A stretch of 63,919 nucleotides of DNA, counting the filler. It is 7 parts of 7 records of this genome, joined end to end, with 100 filler letters (N's around TTAATTAATTAA, not from the genome) between each part and the next. Parts side by side here need not be neighbours in the genome. Positions count along the whole stretch, not along the records: positions 12,883 to 26,254 come from SRR31156797_6255; positions 26,355 to 32,741 come from SRR31156797_6257; 5 more parts are not named here. One strand, written 5' to 3'. The notes beneath the pieces are model-generated. The model was given only the letters and a program-made list of their open reading frames with translations, ran no database searches and was not told the origin of the DNA. Below are positions 18,993 to 29,330 of the stretch, piece by piece. The translations under genes were made by a program, and so were the position numbers. How positions within the stretch are numbered: position 1 is the stretch's first letter; every line of letters starts with the position of its first letter.

Positions 18993-21713
18993 ATGAGAAA
19001 AAGTTATATAGTTTCATTTATTTTGATAATGAGTTTCTTCTTACTTGGGATGGGAGAAGAAAGGGCTTTAAAAGTTAAAGATTTTTCAAGTGAAAAGAGA
19101 GTCGCGCTGGTTATAGGTAATTCCAACTATAAGTATAATCCCCTAAAAAATCCGGGAAATGATGCAGAGGATATTGCAAAAGAACTTAAGAACTTTGGCT
19201 TTGAAGTTATCTTAAAGAAAAATATTAATCGACGAGAAATGGCTGGAGCAATAAAGGAGTTTGGAAAAAAAATAAGAAATGGTGGGGTAGGCTTATTTTA
19301 TTTTGCTGGTCACGGAGTACAGATAAAAGGAGAAAATTACCTTATTCCTTTAAACGAACATATTGAAACAGAAGAGGATGTTGAATTTGAAGCAATACAG
19401 GCTGGAAGGATTTTGGCTGAAATGGAAAGAGCCGGGAATAAGATGAATATTATTATTCTCGATGCATGTAGAAATAATCCCTTCGAAAGCTCAAGTAGAA
19501 ATAGTTTGCGTGGTTTAGCCAGAATGGACGCACCTACAGGTTCGTTACTGGTTTATTCAACGAGTCCGGGGAAAACGGCCCTTGATGGAGAGAACGCTCG
19601 AAACGGGGTATTTACAGAGAGTCTGCTGACAGAGTTAAAAACAAATCCAAGTGTTAATATAAATGATTTATTGATAAACGTTAGAACAAGGGTAATATCT
19701 AAAACGGATAGTGCACAAACACCTTGGGAAAGTTCGTCATTAACAGGAAAATTTTATTTTGCCCGATCAACAGTTGATGAATATGAAAGTTTCCGTAATG
19801 ACCAAACGAAAGGTTTAAAAGAGTTTGAGATTAAAGAAAGTAATTTGAAAGATGTAATTAAAAAAAGAGCTGTATATAGATCGAAAATGAATGAAGAGTT
19901 TGCAGGTATTGTTGCTATGGAATCTGATGAATATATAACTCCGGAAGAAAAAATTATCTTATGGGAAGATTACTTAGACTCATTTCCTGATGATAATCCT
20001 CATAGAGATGAAGTAAATGACAAAATAATCTTCTGGAAGAATTTCGATGAAGAGGAAGAGCATCATGAGGAGGAATTTGTTGAAGCACTCTTCTTTGAAG
20101 ATCATTTTGAAGATAACAGAAATGATTGGTTTGAAGTGGAAAATGATGAACAAAGGGTAGAGATTGAGGGAGACGGGTATTTTATTTATAATAAAAATTA
20201 TCTTCAAAAAGTTTGGCGTAATGACATGGTGGAACCTAATAGTGACTTTATAATTGAAACATCAATCTCTAAACTTGGAGGGTATAATAATAACGGTTTA
20301 AATATTTTGTTTGGTGCTGAAAACAGTGGTGATAAATATTATATCTTTGGGACAACCGGAACAGGTTACTATGGTGCATTCAGATATGATAATGGTTGGC
20401 ACGATGTATTGCCTTGGAAAAAGTCAAACTTTATAAATACTGATGATGCAACAAATGATTTGAGAATTGAAAAGAAAGACAATACACTATATTTTTATAT
20501 CAATGGTGATTATGTAAATAAAATAAACGATTTTGAAAGTTTTGGGCCTGCAATTGGTTTTGCAATAAACCCTGATATAGAAGCCAAAGTTAGAAGTCTT
20601 GTAATAAGACGAGAGCTAACAGAAGTTTTATTTGAAGAAAATTTTTCAAATAATCAAAATTACTGGCCTGTTGAGAACAGTAGTGGAAAAAAATTAATAG
20701 TTGATGATGGATATACTATTTATAATAAGGATTTTTTCCAAAAATCCTGGATAAATAATATAACGAAAGATCATGATAATCTGGAAATAGAAGTAGAACT
20801 GCAAAGATTATCCGGAAAAGAAAACAATGCTATGAACGTACTGTTTGGTTTAGATCCGTCCGGAGAGAAATACTTAACTTTTGGTATCAGCGGTGATGGT
20901 CAGTATTTAGTTAGTTCATATACAGGTACTTGGAAAAATCTTATTGATTGGACACCATCTAGTCATATTAGAACAGGTACAGGTGTAAATACTATTAAAG
21001 TTGTAAAAGAAGGAAACGTATTTTTCTTCTATATAAATGATAATTATGTCAATGAAATTGAAAGCAGCGAATGGTATGGTACCTCTATTGGTTTTGGAGT
21101 AAATGCAGGAATAGAAACCAAAATTAAAAGAGTTCTTGTAACTAGTAGAGTGCTTGATGCGGTTGATGACTCAATTCTTATAGAAGATGAATTTGAAGAT
21201 AATCATAATAATTGGTATGAAATTGAAGGTGATGGCTTACTCTTGAAAGTAAGAAACGGAGAGTATGAGATGTACAGCCGGGACCAATATTATAAAACTT
21301 GGCAAAATAGCTTGTTTGAAAATGAAGAACAAAATTTTGAGATAGAAAGTGAAATGAGAAGAGATTCTGGTATTGAGAATAATATTTACGGAATACTGTT
21401 TGGAATGGACAGTTCAGGAAGTAATTTTTATCATTTTGGTGTAAGTGCAAATGGGTATTATGCCGTGTTTAAATATGATGGTAGCTGGGTAAACGAGATA
21501 GCTTGGACTAAATCATCTTTTATAAACAACGGAAAAGAACCTAATCACTTACGGCTTAGAAGGGTTAATAACGAAGTGTTGTTTTATATAAACGATAATT
21601 ATATTGGCAAAATAACTAACTACGATAGTTTTGGTTTAGCTGTTGGGGTAGGAGTAGCTTCTGATATGAATATTAGAATAGAAAATTATAAAGTAAGATT
21701 GATTGATGAATAA
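18993..21713 (+). CDS. Secreted caspase-like (peptidase C14) protein with three C-terminal ConA/DUF1080-like beta-sandwich repeats
   Basis: Signal peptide; ALVIGNSNY, LKNPGNDA, FYFAGHG (His), ILDACR (Cys), YSTSPG, NGVFT, QTPW; three repeats starting FEDHFEDNRNDW / FEENFSNNQNYW / IEDEFEDNHNNW, each with FYIN. Confidence 0.88.
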   Translation: MRKSYIVSFILIMSFFLLGMGEERALKVKDFSSEKRVALVIGNSNYKYNPLKNPGNDAEDIAKELKNFGFEVILKKNINRREMAGAIKEFGKKIRNGGVGLFYFAGHGVQIKGENYLIPLNEHIETEEDVEFEAIQAGRILAEMERAGNKMNIIILDACRNNPFESSSRNSLRGLARMDAPTGSLLVYSTSPGKTALDGENARNGVFTESLLTELKTNPSVNINDLLINVRTRVISKTDSAQTPWESSSLTGKFYFARSTVDEYESFRNDQTKGLKEFEIKESNLKDVIKKRAVYRSKMNEEFAGIVAMESDEYITPEEKIILWEDYLDSFPDDNPHRDEVNDKIIFWKNFDEEEEHHEEEFVEALFFEDHFEDNRNDWFEVENDEQRVEIEGDGYFIYNKNYLQKVWRNDMVEPNSDFIIETSISKLGGYNNNGLNILFGAENSGDKYYIFGTTGTGYYGAFRYDNGWHDVLPWKKSNFINTDDATNDLRIEKKDNTLYFYINGDYVNKINDFESFGPAIGFAINPDIEAKVRSLVIRRELTEVLFEENFSNNQNYWPVENSSGKKLIVDDGYTIYNKDFFQKSWINNITKDHDNLEIEVELQRLSGKENNAMNVLFGLDPSGEKYLTFGISGDGQYLVSSYTGTWKNLIDWTPSSHIRTGTGVNTIKVVKEGNVFFFYINDNYVNEIESSEWYGTSIGFGVNAGIETKIKRVLVTSRVLDAVDDSILIEDEFEDNHNNWYEIEGDGLLLKVRNGEYEMYSRDQYYKTWQNSLFENEEQNFEIESEMRRDSGIENNIYGILFGMDSSGSNFYHFGVSANGYYAVFKYDGSWVNEIAWTKSSFINNGKEPNHLRLRRVNNEVLFYINDNYIGKITNYDSFGLAVGVGVASDMNIRIENYKVRLIDE

Positions 21714-21716
21714 AAA

Positions 21717-21743
21717 AAATCCCCCTGAATTAAGGGGGATTTT
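21717..21743. terminator. Bidirectional terminator
   Basis: AAATCCCCCT-gaatta-AGGGGGATTT between convergent genes. Confidence 0.8.
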
Positions 21744-21796
21744 AGTTAATTTAAGTTTAGTTTTAAAATCAAATTTAGTCCAAAATATAATATATC

Positions 21797-22159
21797 TTAA
21801 TTTCTGATTTTGGCATTTGTTTTTTCAGGGTGTTTGTTAAGATGTTTATACCTGTTATTTGCAGTATAAGCAAATCTTTCGAGAATGTGTGTTAAATCAG
21901 ATTTTGTTAATACATCATTAAATCCAGACATGACCCTTATCCGATCACTGAATCTAAAGTGTTTGTCTTCAGTTGGGTCAAAAATAATATCAGGATCCTT
22001 TAAATCAAATTTGTTATCAAAGATATCGTTCAGCATTGCAACCATAGTGTGAGAAAAAGTTTTTGAAACGTCTACACCATCTTCAGCGGTAGTGATTCTT
22101 TTTCTGTAGTCATGTGAATAATCTTTTTCATAGTTTGAGAAAGAATATTGAAATGCCAT
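21797..22159 (-). CDS. Hypothetical protein
   Basis: Open frame with SD AAGGGGG upstream of MAFQYSF; no recognisable motif. Confidence 0.65.
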   Translation of the reverse strand: MAFQYSFSNYEKDYSHDYRKRITTAEDGVDVSKTFSHTMVAMLNDIFDNKFDLKDPDIIFDPTEDKHFRFSDRIRVMSGFNDVLTKSDLTHILERFAYTANNRYKHLNKHPEKTNAKIRN

Positions 22160-22449
22160 AAGCAAAACCCCCTTCGATTAATTTTAGCCATAGGGCTATA
22201 TAAGAATTATAGTTCAAAAAAAATAGGAATTCAAATTTTTCTTTATAAAATTATTAAAAAGTTTAATATTGAAATTACATTATGTTAAAAAGCAAAATTT
22301 CAAGAGCTTAAAATAATTAATTACTTGTGTTATAATAAGCCTATAAGCAGTAATAAATGTGCTATTTAAGAAATAATAGAGGAAATATGTTCTGATGGCA
22401 AATAATATTATATGCTAAAAGATTTATCTTATAATTTGGAGGTATTGTG

Positions 22450-23790
22450 ATGCAAATAAATAAACCTAAAATTTCCAAAAGATCAATTTTTAAATCTTTT
22501 ATATGGATTTTCTTGTTTTTAAACATAGTTATGTTGGTGTTATACTTTGATGTATTCCAGATGAAATTAAATGATGAAAAAAACTTTGTTAAGGAATCTC
22601 AAAAATCAATTTTAAATCTTTATATGAAGATAACTCAAGATGAAATTTTAACCGAAGTTGAAAGAGATGTTGATCTATTAATAACAGCTTATAATTTTGA
22701 AAGAAAAAATAAAGAAACAAATTTTAAAAATTATCTGGATACATATATTCGTACCAGTAGAAAATATGTAGGTTTAGAAATATTAGGAGAAGAGGGAAAT
22801 GGAATAATTAAACTTCCTGAGATTACAGATGATAAAATAGCCAAAATAATCAAAAAAACTTACAATACTAATGGAGAACCAGTCTCTATTGTTATGTATT
22901 ATGATCTATATGAACTGATAAAGATGTTTAATGAATATGAAAAACTGACATCTGATACTTTATATTTTCTAAAAGCTAATGGTGAAGATTTAAATCAAAA
23001 GAGAAATCATCCGCCTTTTAAAGAAAAATATACTAATGCCTGGAGCGAGATAGACACGGAATTATCCGGAAATTTTGAAAATGAAAACGGGATATTTTCT
23101 TTTATAACATTTCCAACACTCCAAAGTGCAAAGTTTGAAGCAAAAGAGATGGAGAACTGGATATTAGTTATTAGATATTCAGATACGAAAATAAGAAATT
23201 TAATTAATAGATTATTATATGAAAGATATGTAGCTGTAAAATATGCTGAGATACCAATATTTTTAATTTCACTACAAATTGCATATTTATTTGCAAGAAG
23301 AAAATCACTCTATACGGAACTGCAAAATACAGCCATATATGATTCGTTAACAAGTGTATATAATAGAAATGGTGGTTTAAACTTACTGGAAGAAACCAGA
23401 AAACTTCTGAAGAGAAGTAAAGAGCCAATATCTCTATGTTATGTAAATATAGTAGGGATTCGTAATATAAATAGTCGCCATGGTCATGATGAGGGAGACG
23501 CAACATTAGTAAAAGCCGCTGAAATATTTTCTGAACTAATTAGAGAATCAGATGCAGTAGTAAGAATAGGGGGAGACGAGTTTTTACTTATTTTCCCAAG
23601 ATGTAAAGAATCAGAGCAATCAATAATAGAGGGCAGACTGATTACTAAAGTACAAGATTATAACGCTACTAGTGGAAAAGGATATGAATTAAGCTTGAAA
23701 TACGGTTTTACGGAACTTACTCCCTATAATATGGACCCGATAAGTAAAATAATGAAGACATCGGAAAGACATATGACGAAAAAAATATAA
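22450..23790 (+). CDS. Membrane sensor GGDEF-domain protein (Cache-like sensor)
   Basis: Two TM segments; DSLTSVYNR, GHDEGD, RESD I-site, RIGGDEF. Confidence 0.85.
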   Translation: MQINKPKISKRSIFKSFIWIFLFLNIVMLVLYFDVFQMKLNDEKNFVKESQKSILNLYMKITQDEILTEVERDVDLLITAYNFERKNKETNFKNYLDTYIRTSRKYVGLEILGEEGNGIIKLPEITDDKIAKIIKKTYNTNGEPVSIVMYYDLYELIKMFNEYEKLTSDTLYFLKANGEDLNQKRNHPPFKEKYTNAWSEIDTELSGNFENENGIFSFITFPTLQSAKFEAKEMENWILVIRYSDTKIRNLINRLLYERYVAVKYAEIPIFLISLQIAYLFARRKSLYTELQNTAIYDSLTSVYNRNGGLNLLEETRKLLKRSKEPISLCYVNIVGIRNINSRHGHDEGDATLVKAAEIFSELIRESDAVVRIGGDEFLLIFPRCKESEQSIIEGRLITKVQDYNATSGKGYELSLKYGFTELTPYNMDPISKIMKTSERHMTKKI

Positions 23791-23804
23791 TAATATTAAA
23801 AATA

Positions 23805-23840
23805 TGACAGTGAATGACGTTGGTTATCACTGTCTTTTTA
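23805..23840 (+). terminator. Intrinsic terminator
   Basis: GACAGTGA...TCACTGTC hairpin followed by TTTTT. Confidence 0.7.
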
Positions 23841-24006
23841 TTGTTTTGATTAAGTTATTTTGTCTGTTTCTAAACAGACTGCTTCTCTTGTATTTTTCTG
23901 TATATTTTGGTATAATTAGATTCGACAAAATTTATAATATTCATTGTATAAATGAAAAATGTCATTAAAATGATTATGAAATATAGAAGAAGGAGGTTGT
24001 TTGAAG

Positions 24007-25497
24007 ATGATTAGTATTCAAACATTAACAACATTTGTAGTTTATTTTATTTTCCTAATGGGAGTTGGGATCTATTTTTACAAAAAAACAACTGATGTTG
24101 AAGATTATTTATTAGGTGGAAGAGGAATGGGAAGTTGGGTTACTGCCCTTTCTGCACAAGCAAGTGATATGAGTGGATGGCTTTTAATGGGATTACCCGG
24201 AGCAGTTTTCTTAGGTGGAATTAAAGAGTCGTGGATAGCAATTGGTTTATTCTTGGGAACATTAGTTAATTGGGTAGTTGTATCACCTAGACTAAGAGTT
24301 TATACTGAGAAGACAAATTCACTAACTTTATCATCTTTCTTTGAAGAAAGATTTAAGGATCCAACAGGTTCACTTAGAACTATATCAGCAATTATTACAT
24401 TAGTATTCTTTACTTTTTATGCATCATCAGGATTAGTAGCATCAGGGAAATTATTTGAATCAATGTTTAATGTTGATTATAAAGTCGCTGTAATTACAGG
24501 AACGATAGTTATAGTACTTTATACTTTCTTAGGCGGGTATTTAGCTGTTGCCTGGACAGATTTCTTCCAAGGCGCTCTTATGTTTTTTGCAATTCTGTTT
24601 GTACCGTTTTTAGCATATAGACATGTTGGTGGAGCAGAAGCTATTAAAGCAACAATGGCGGCAAAAGAGATTTCGCTTGGTTTATTCAAAAATGGAAATA
24701 GCACGATTACACTGGCAGCCATAATATCAACAATGGCCTGGGGACTTGGTTACTTTGGACAGCCACATATATTAGTTAGATTTATGAGTATTAAATCAAT
24801 TAAAGAATTACCAAAATCAATTACGATAGCAACAGTATGGGTATTTATCTCTTTATTCGGGGCAATTGCAATAGGATTAATCTCAATCCCAATGTTTGCA
24901 ACAATGCCTACAGGAGATTCAGAAAAAGTATTTATATTTATGATAACTGAATTATTTAGCCCTTGGGTTGGAGGAATATTATTAGCTGCAATATTATCAG
25001 CTATTATGTCAACAATTGATTCTCAATTACTTGTCTCATCGTCGACATTAACAGAGGATTTTTATAAAAAAATAATCAAAAAAGATGCTTCAGAAAAAGA
25101 GCTTATGCTTATGGGAAGAATCTGCGTATTACTTATTTCAATAATTGCATTAGTCTTAGCACTTAGTCCAAAGAATACAGTTCTTGGATTAGTATCTTAT
25201 GCCTGGGGTGGATTTGGAGCAGCATTTGGACCTCTTGTAATTATGGCACTATTCTCTAAGAGAACAACATGGCAATCAGCTTTAGCCGGAATGTTAGTTG
25301 GAACTATTACTCTTATAGTATGGAAAAACTTAGGACTAGGTTCAATGATGTATGAAATTGTTCCTGGATTTATAGCTAACTTTGTAGTTGTAATAGTTGT
25401 TAATCAATTCATTTCTCAAGATAATCAAGATATTATTAAAGAGTTTGAAGAAGTTGAAGCAGAAGTAAAACGAGAGTTAAAAACAAATAATGCATAA
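24007..25497 (+). CDS. putP: Sodium/proline symporter
   Basis: DYLLGGR, ALSAQASDMSGWLLMGLPG, WTDFFQG, WGLGYFGQPHILVRFM, AIMSTIDSQLL, AWGGFGAAFGP. Confidence 0.95.
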   Translation: MISIQTLTTFVVYFIFLMGVGIYFYKKTTDVEDYLLGGRGMGSWVTALSAQASDMSGWLLMGLPGAVFLGGIKESWIAIGLFLGTLVNWVVVSPRLRVYTEKTNSLTLSSFFEERFKDPTGSLRTISAIITLVFFTFYASSGLVASGKLFESMFNVDYKVAVITGTIVIVLYTFLGGYLAVAWTDFFQGALMFFAILFVPFLAYRHVGGAEAIKATMAAKEISLGLFKNGNSTITLAAIISTMAWGLGYFGQPHILVRFMSIKSIKELPKSITIATVWVFISLFGAIAIGLISIPMFATMPTGDSEKVFIFMITELFSPWVGGILLAAILSAIMSTIDSQLLVSSSTLTEDFYKKIIKKDASEKELMLMGRICVLLISIIALVLALSPKNTVLGLVSYAWGGFGAAFGPLVIMALFSKRTTWQSALAGMLVGTITLIVWKNLGLGSMMYEIVPGFIANFVVVIVVNQFISQDNQDIIKEFEEVEAEVKRELKTNNA

Positions 25498-25653
25498 TAT
25501 ATAAAAACAGCCATGGGCTGTTTTTTTATATGTAAAATTCCTTAGATAACTGACCTAATGATACATATTTATTATATTAATTTTACTTTATGATATATTT
25601 AATATATAATGTTCGAAGTTAGAAAAGGAATCTGAAATTGAGATAGGGGTGAA

Positions 25654-26254
25654 ATGTTGATGAGTTTAAATGTGGAAAAATTAATAGAAAATAAGAGATT
25701 AAAGATATTATTTCAGCCTATCGTTTCAATTAAGAATAAAAAAACTATAGGGTATGAAGTGTTATCCAGAGGAATTGATGAGCATGATAATCAAATTGGA
25801 GCACTGGAGCTTTTCTCTGCTGCAAGAGAGCAAAATAAGCTTTTTGATTTAGATACCTTATGTAGAAATATGGCAGTTGAAAAATGTAAGGAATTAATGT
25901 TAGAAGATAAACATCTGTTTTTAAACTATGATATATCTGACCTGAATGATGATGAAGTAGGAAAACATAAATTAGAAGAGAGTTTGGGTGAACTAGCGGC
26001 AAAACTTGATTTCTTAGGAATAAACAGAAGTAATGTAGTGATTGAAATTGTGGAATCAAATGTAAATAAAATGGACGATCTTCTATTTTTTACAGAACTT
26101 TGTAAAATTTTAGGCTTTTTAGTAGCCTTAGATGATGTTGGCAGCGGACATTCTAATTTAAACAGAATACCATTGATTAAACCCGATATTATTAAAATAG
26201 ATAGATATCTTGTTCAAAATATTCAACATGATTATTATAAACAAGAAGTTTTTA
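25654..26254 (+). CDS. EAL-domain c-di-GMP phosphodiesterase (3'-truncated)
   Basis: FQPIV, EVLSR, LFLN, IEIVE, ALDDVGSGHSNL, IKID. Confidence 0.9.
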
Positions 26255-26354
26255 NNNNNNNNNNNNNNNNNNNNNNNNNNNNNNNNNNNNNNNNNNNNTT
26301 AATTAATTAANNNNNNNNNNNNNNNNNNNNNNNNNNNNNNNNNNNNNNNNNNNN
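26255..26354. other. Artificial contig spacer
   Basis: N44-TTAATTAATTAA-N44. Confidence 0.97.
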
Positions 26355-26585
26355 GGGCATCATAATATTCTTCACGATTTTTGTTCTATTCACCCGGGTT
26401 CGAATTTGTCGGGAAGTGTAGAGGTTGGCGAAGCAGCTGAGATTGGACCAGGATGTACTGTTTTTAATGCGGTTAAAATCGGCAAAAACACTGTTATTGG
26501 AGGAGGCAGTGTAGTTACAAAAGATATTCCTGATAATGTATTGGCTTTTGGGAATCCGTGTAAAGTGGTAAAAACGCTTAAATAG
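26355..26585 (+). CDS. Hexapeptide-repeat sugar acetyltransferase (NeuD/PglD-like), 5'-truncated
   Basis: Manual translation GHHNILHDFCSIHPG...IGKNTVIGGGSVVTKDIPDNVLAFGNPCK; absent from the ORF track. Confidence 0.85.
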   Translation, partial: GHHNILHDFCSIHPGSNLSGSVEVGEAAEIGPGCTVFNAVKIGKNTVIGGGSVVTKDIPDNVLAFGNPCKVVKTLK

Positions 26586-26591
26586 TTAATT

Positions 26592-27299
26592 ATGCGACTG
26601 GCAATTATGCAACCTTACTTTTTCCCGTATTTGGGTTACTTTGCATTAATCGCAAATACCGATAAGTTTGTTGTATTCGATACACCACAATTTATTAGGC
26701 ATGGTTGGATTGAACGAAACCGAATTTTAAAACCTGGAGAAAGTTGGCAATACATTAAAGTTCCGCTCGTAAAACATAAAAGGGAAACATCTATAAAAAA
26801 CATTCGAATTAGAAATAACACAGACTGGAAAAATAAAATTGTGGCCCAACTTAACCATTATAAAAAAAAGGCAAAATACTATAATAATGTTATTGAATTA
26901 ATAAATGAGATTTTTAAAATTGAAACAGAATCTATTACAAAATTAAATGTATATGCATTACAAAAAGTATGCGAATACCTTGAAATAGATTTTAATTATT
27001 CTGTTTTCTCGGAAATGGATTTAAAACTTGAAAAAGTAAATGAACCCGATGAGTGGGCATTACAAATTTCGAAAGCATTGAATGCAAATCAATATATAAA
27101 TTTGCCTGGAGGAGAAAGTTTTTTTGATAAAAGGAAATACCAAAAGGCAAACGTTGAATTAAAATTTCTTCAATCGAATGTAAAAGAGTACAAACAAGGA
27201 ATCAATTCTTTCGAGCCCGGCTTATCAATTGTTGATGTTATGATGTTTAACTCACCGGAAGAAATAAATGAAATGCTAAATGGGTATGAATTTGTATAA
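26592..27299 (+). CDS. WbqC-like family protein
   Basis: AIMQPYFFPYLGYF, WIERNRI, YINLPGG, LSIVDVMMF. Confidence 0.9.
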   Translation: MRLAIMQPYFFPYLGYFALIANTDKFVVFDTPQFIRHGWIERNRILKPGESWQYIKVPLVKHKRETSIKNIRIRNNTDWKNKIVAQLNHYKKKAKYYNNVIELINEIFKIETESITKLNVYALQKVCEYLEIDFNYSVFSEMDLKLEKVNEPDEWALQISKALNANQYINLPGGESFFDKRKYQKANVELKFLQSNVKEYKQGINSFEPGLSIVDVMMFNSPEEINEMLNGYEFV

Positions 27300-28251
27300 A
27301 TCAATAGGGGGTTATTTTGAATTAGAACTTAATAATTCTGGAACTGTTTGGCACGACAAGGCAGTTGCTTTAAACAGTGGAAGAAATGCTTTTGAATTTA
27401 TTTTAATGAATAATTCTTTTTCAAAAGTATATGTTCCATACTATACTTGCGATGTAATTTTACAACCCCTAAAAAGGCAAAATATAATATTTGAATTCTA
27501 TTTTTTAAAAGAAGACTTAACACCCGACTTGCAAGAAATTGGAGATAGCGAAGCAATTATTTATGTGAATTACTTTGGAGTTATGACTGATTCTATTAAA
27601 AGTTTAATTCAAAAATTTAAGAACATAATTATCGATAATTCACAGGCATTTTTTGATTATCCTATAAAAAATACACCAACTTTTTATTCGCCGCGAAAAT
27701 TTTTTGGAGTTCCCGATGGTGGTTTTGCTTATTCGTATAAAATTGAACACGATGAATTTGAAAAAGATCATTCAGAAGAAAGAGTTTCTCATTTAATAAA
27801 AAGAATAGATGAAAATGCAGAGGCTGGCTATGAACTTTTTAAAAAGAATGATACTATGCTCGATAATCTGGAGGTGAGAAGCATGTCGCAGTTAACCAAA
27901 CAGATTTTAAGAAATATCGATTTTGAAAGAGTAAAGGAAAAAAGAAACCAAAATTTTAGAATTCTTCATAACGTTTTTAGTGATTCAAATAAACTTACCG
28001 AAATTATTGAACAAAATTCGTTTCATGTCCCAATGGTATATCCTTTCTTTAAGAAGGGAAATTGCGATCTTCGGAAAAAATTAATCAATAATAAAGTTTA
28101 TGTTGCAACCTACTGGCCTAATGTTTCTCAATGGATGAAAAACAAAACGTGTTTTGAAATATTTTTAAAAAATAATCTAATTCCTTTACCAATCGATCAA
28201 CGTTATAATGAAAAAGATATGAATTTTATAATTGACATTATTAATTCCTAA
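27286..28251 (+). CDS. DegT/DnrJ/EryC1/StrS-like PLP-dependent sugar aminotransferase-fold protein
   Basis: IGGYFELE, NSGRNA, VNYFG, IIDNSQAF, SPRKFFG (Lys), PLPIDQRY. Confidence 0.7.
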   Translation: MNLYKSIGGYFELELNNSGTVWHDKAVALNSGRNAFEFILMNNSFSKVYVPYYTCDVILQPLKRQNIIFEFYFLKEDLTPDLQEIGDSEAIIYVNYFGVMTDSIKSLIQKFKNIIIDNSQAFFDYPIKNTPTFYSPRKFFGVPDGGFAYSYKIEHDEFEKDHSEERVSHLIKRIDENAEAGYELFKKNDTMLDNLEVRSMSQLTKQILRNIDFERVKEKRNQNFRILHNVFSDSNKLTEIIEQNSFHVPMVYPFFKKGNCDLRKKLINNKVYVATYWPNVSQWMKNKTCFEIFLKNNLIPLPIDQRYNEKDMNFIIDIINS

Positions 28252-28269
28252 CATGTTAAAAATGTAAAG

Positions 28270-29286
28270 TTGAACAACTTTCTGAAAAAATATCAAAAAG
28301 TCCCGGTTAAAACTGTTCAAAATAGTGTCCCGGATAATCCAATGGTGACGGTAGTTGTAGTAACTTATCAGCATGCTAAATATATTGAACAATGTCTTGA
28401 TGGGATTTTGATGCAAAAAACTACATTCCCATTTGAAATTTTACTTGGAGAAGATGAATCGAAAGACGGTACCCGTGAAATTTGTATAGAATATACCCGA
28501 AAATATCCCGAGAAAATTAAGCTGTTTTTACATTCGAGGGAAAATGTTATTGTAGTCGATGGCAATGAAACAGGCCGCTTTAATTTACGATGGAACCTGG
28601 TTCATGCAAAAGGGAAATATGTTGCCTGGTGCGATGGTGACGATTACTGGACCGATCCCATGAAATTACAGAAACAGGTCGATTTTTTGGAGAATCATCC
28701 TGATTATAATCTGGTGTGTCATAACTGGGAGGTTCAAAAAGGCGACGAAATTTTTAATTCAGGGATAAATAAATTCTTTACATCTTCATTTTCTTTTACG
28801 TACGATACGTTACCATATTTGTGGATCACACAAACCTTAACTTTATTATACCGTAATAATACGTTCGATATTTCTGTTTTAAAACGATACAAATACAGTA
28901 AAGATGTTCATATGATATACCATTTGCTTTTAACAGGAAAGGGTTATTTTATGCCTGAAATAATGGGAAGATATCGTTTAAATAACCAGGGAATTTGGAG
29001 TAAATTTAGAATTAATAAACAAAAGGAAACATCTTGTAAAGTATATAAAGAGTTGTACTATTACGAAAAAAGGAAATCGGTTAAAAAAAGACTTTTATAT
29101 GCTAACCTGGCTTATTTTAATGTTGAGCTTTATTCCCCGAACAATATAAAACAATTTTTAAAATCTCCAGAGATTCTATTTCGAAGTATTAAACTGGTAA
29201 GCGACTTTAAAGATGTAATACTTTTAGTTGGAGCTGTATTTCCATCTGGAATCGTTCGATTTGTTAGAAATATTGCAAAAATTTAA
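28270..29286 (+). CDS. Glycosyltransferase family 2
   Basis: TYQHAKYIEQCLDGIL.Q, GEDESKDGT, CDGDDYW...KLQKQ. Confidence 0.9.
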   Translation: MNNFLKKYQKVPVKTVQNSVPDNPMVTVVVVTYQHAKYIEQCLDGILMQKTTFPFEILLGEDESKDGTREICIEYTRKYPEKIKLFLHSRENVIVVDGNETGRFNLRWNLVHAKGKYVAWCDGDDYWTDPMKLQKQVDFLENHPDYNLVCHNWEVQKGDEIFNSGINKFFTSSFSFTYDTLPYLWITQTLTLLYRNNTFDISVLKRYKYSKDVHMIYHLLLTGKGYFMPEIMGRYRLNNQGIWSKFRINKQKETSCKVYKELYYYEKRKSVKKRLLYANLAYFNVELYSPNNIKQFLKSPEILFRSIKLVSDFKDVILLVGAVFPSGIVRFVRNIAKI

Positions 29287-29330
29287 TAAAATGAAATACT
29301 AACCATTATTTAATCAAATTGAGAAACGAA

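Noticed and set aside
12883-26254. Alternative genetic code (UGA = Trp/Gly) for the AT-rich segments
   Set aside because: Only one in-frame TGA was noticed; long genes such as the caspase, putP and polC are intact under code 11 and use TGG for Trp.
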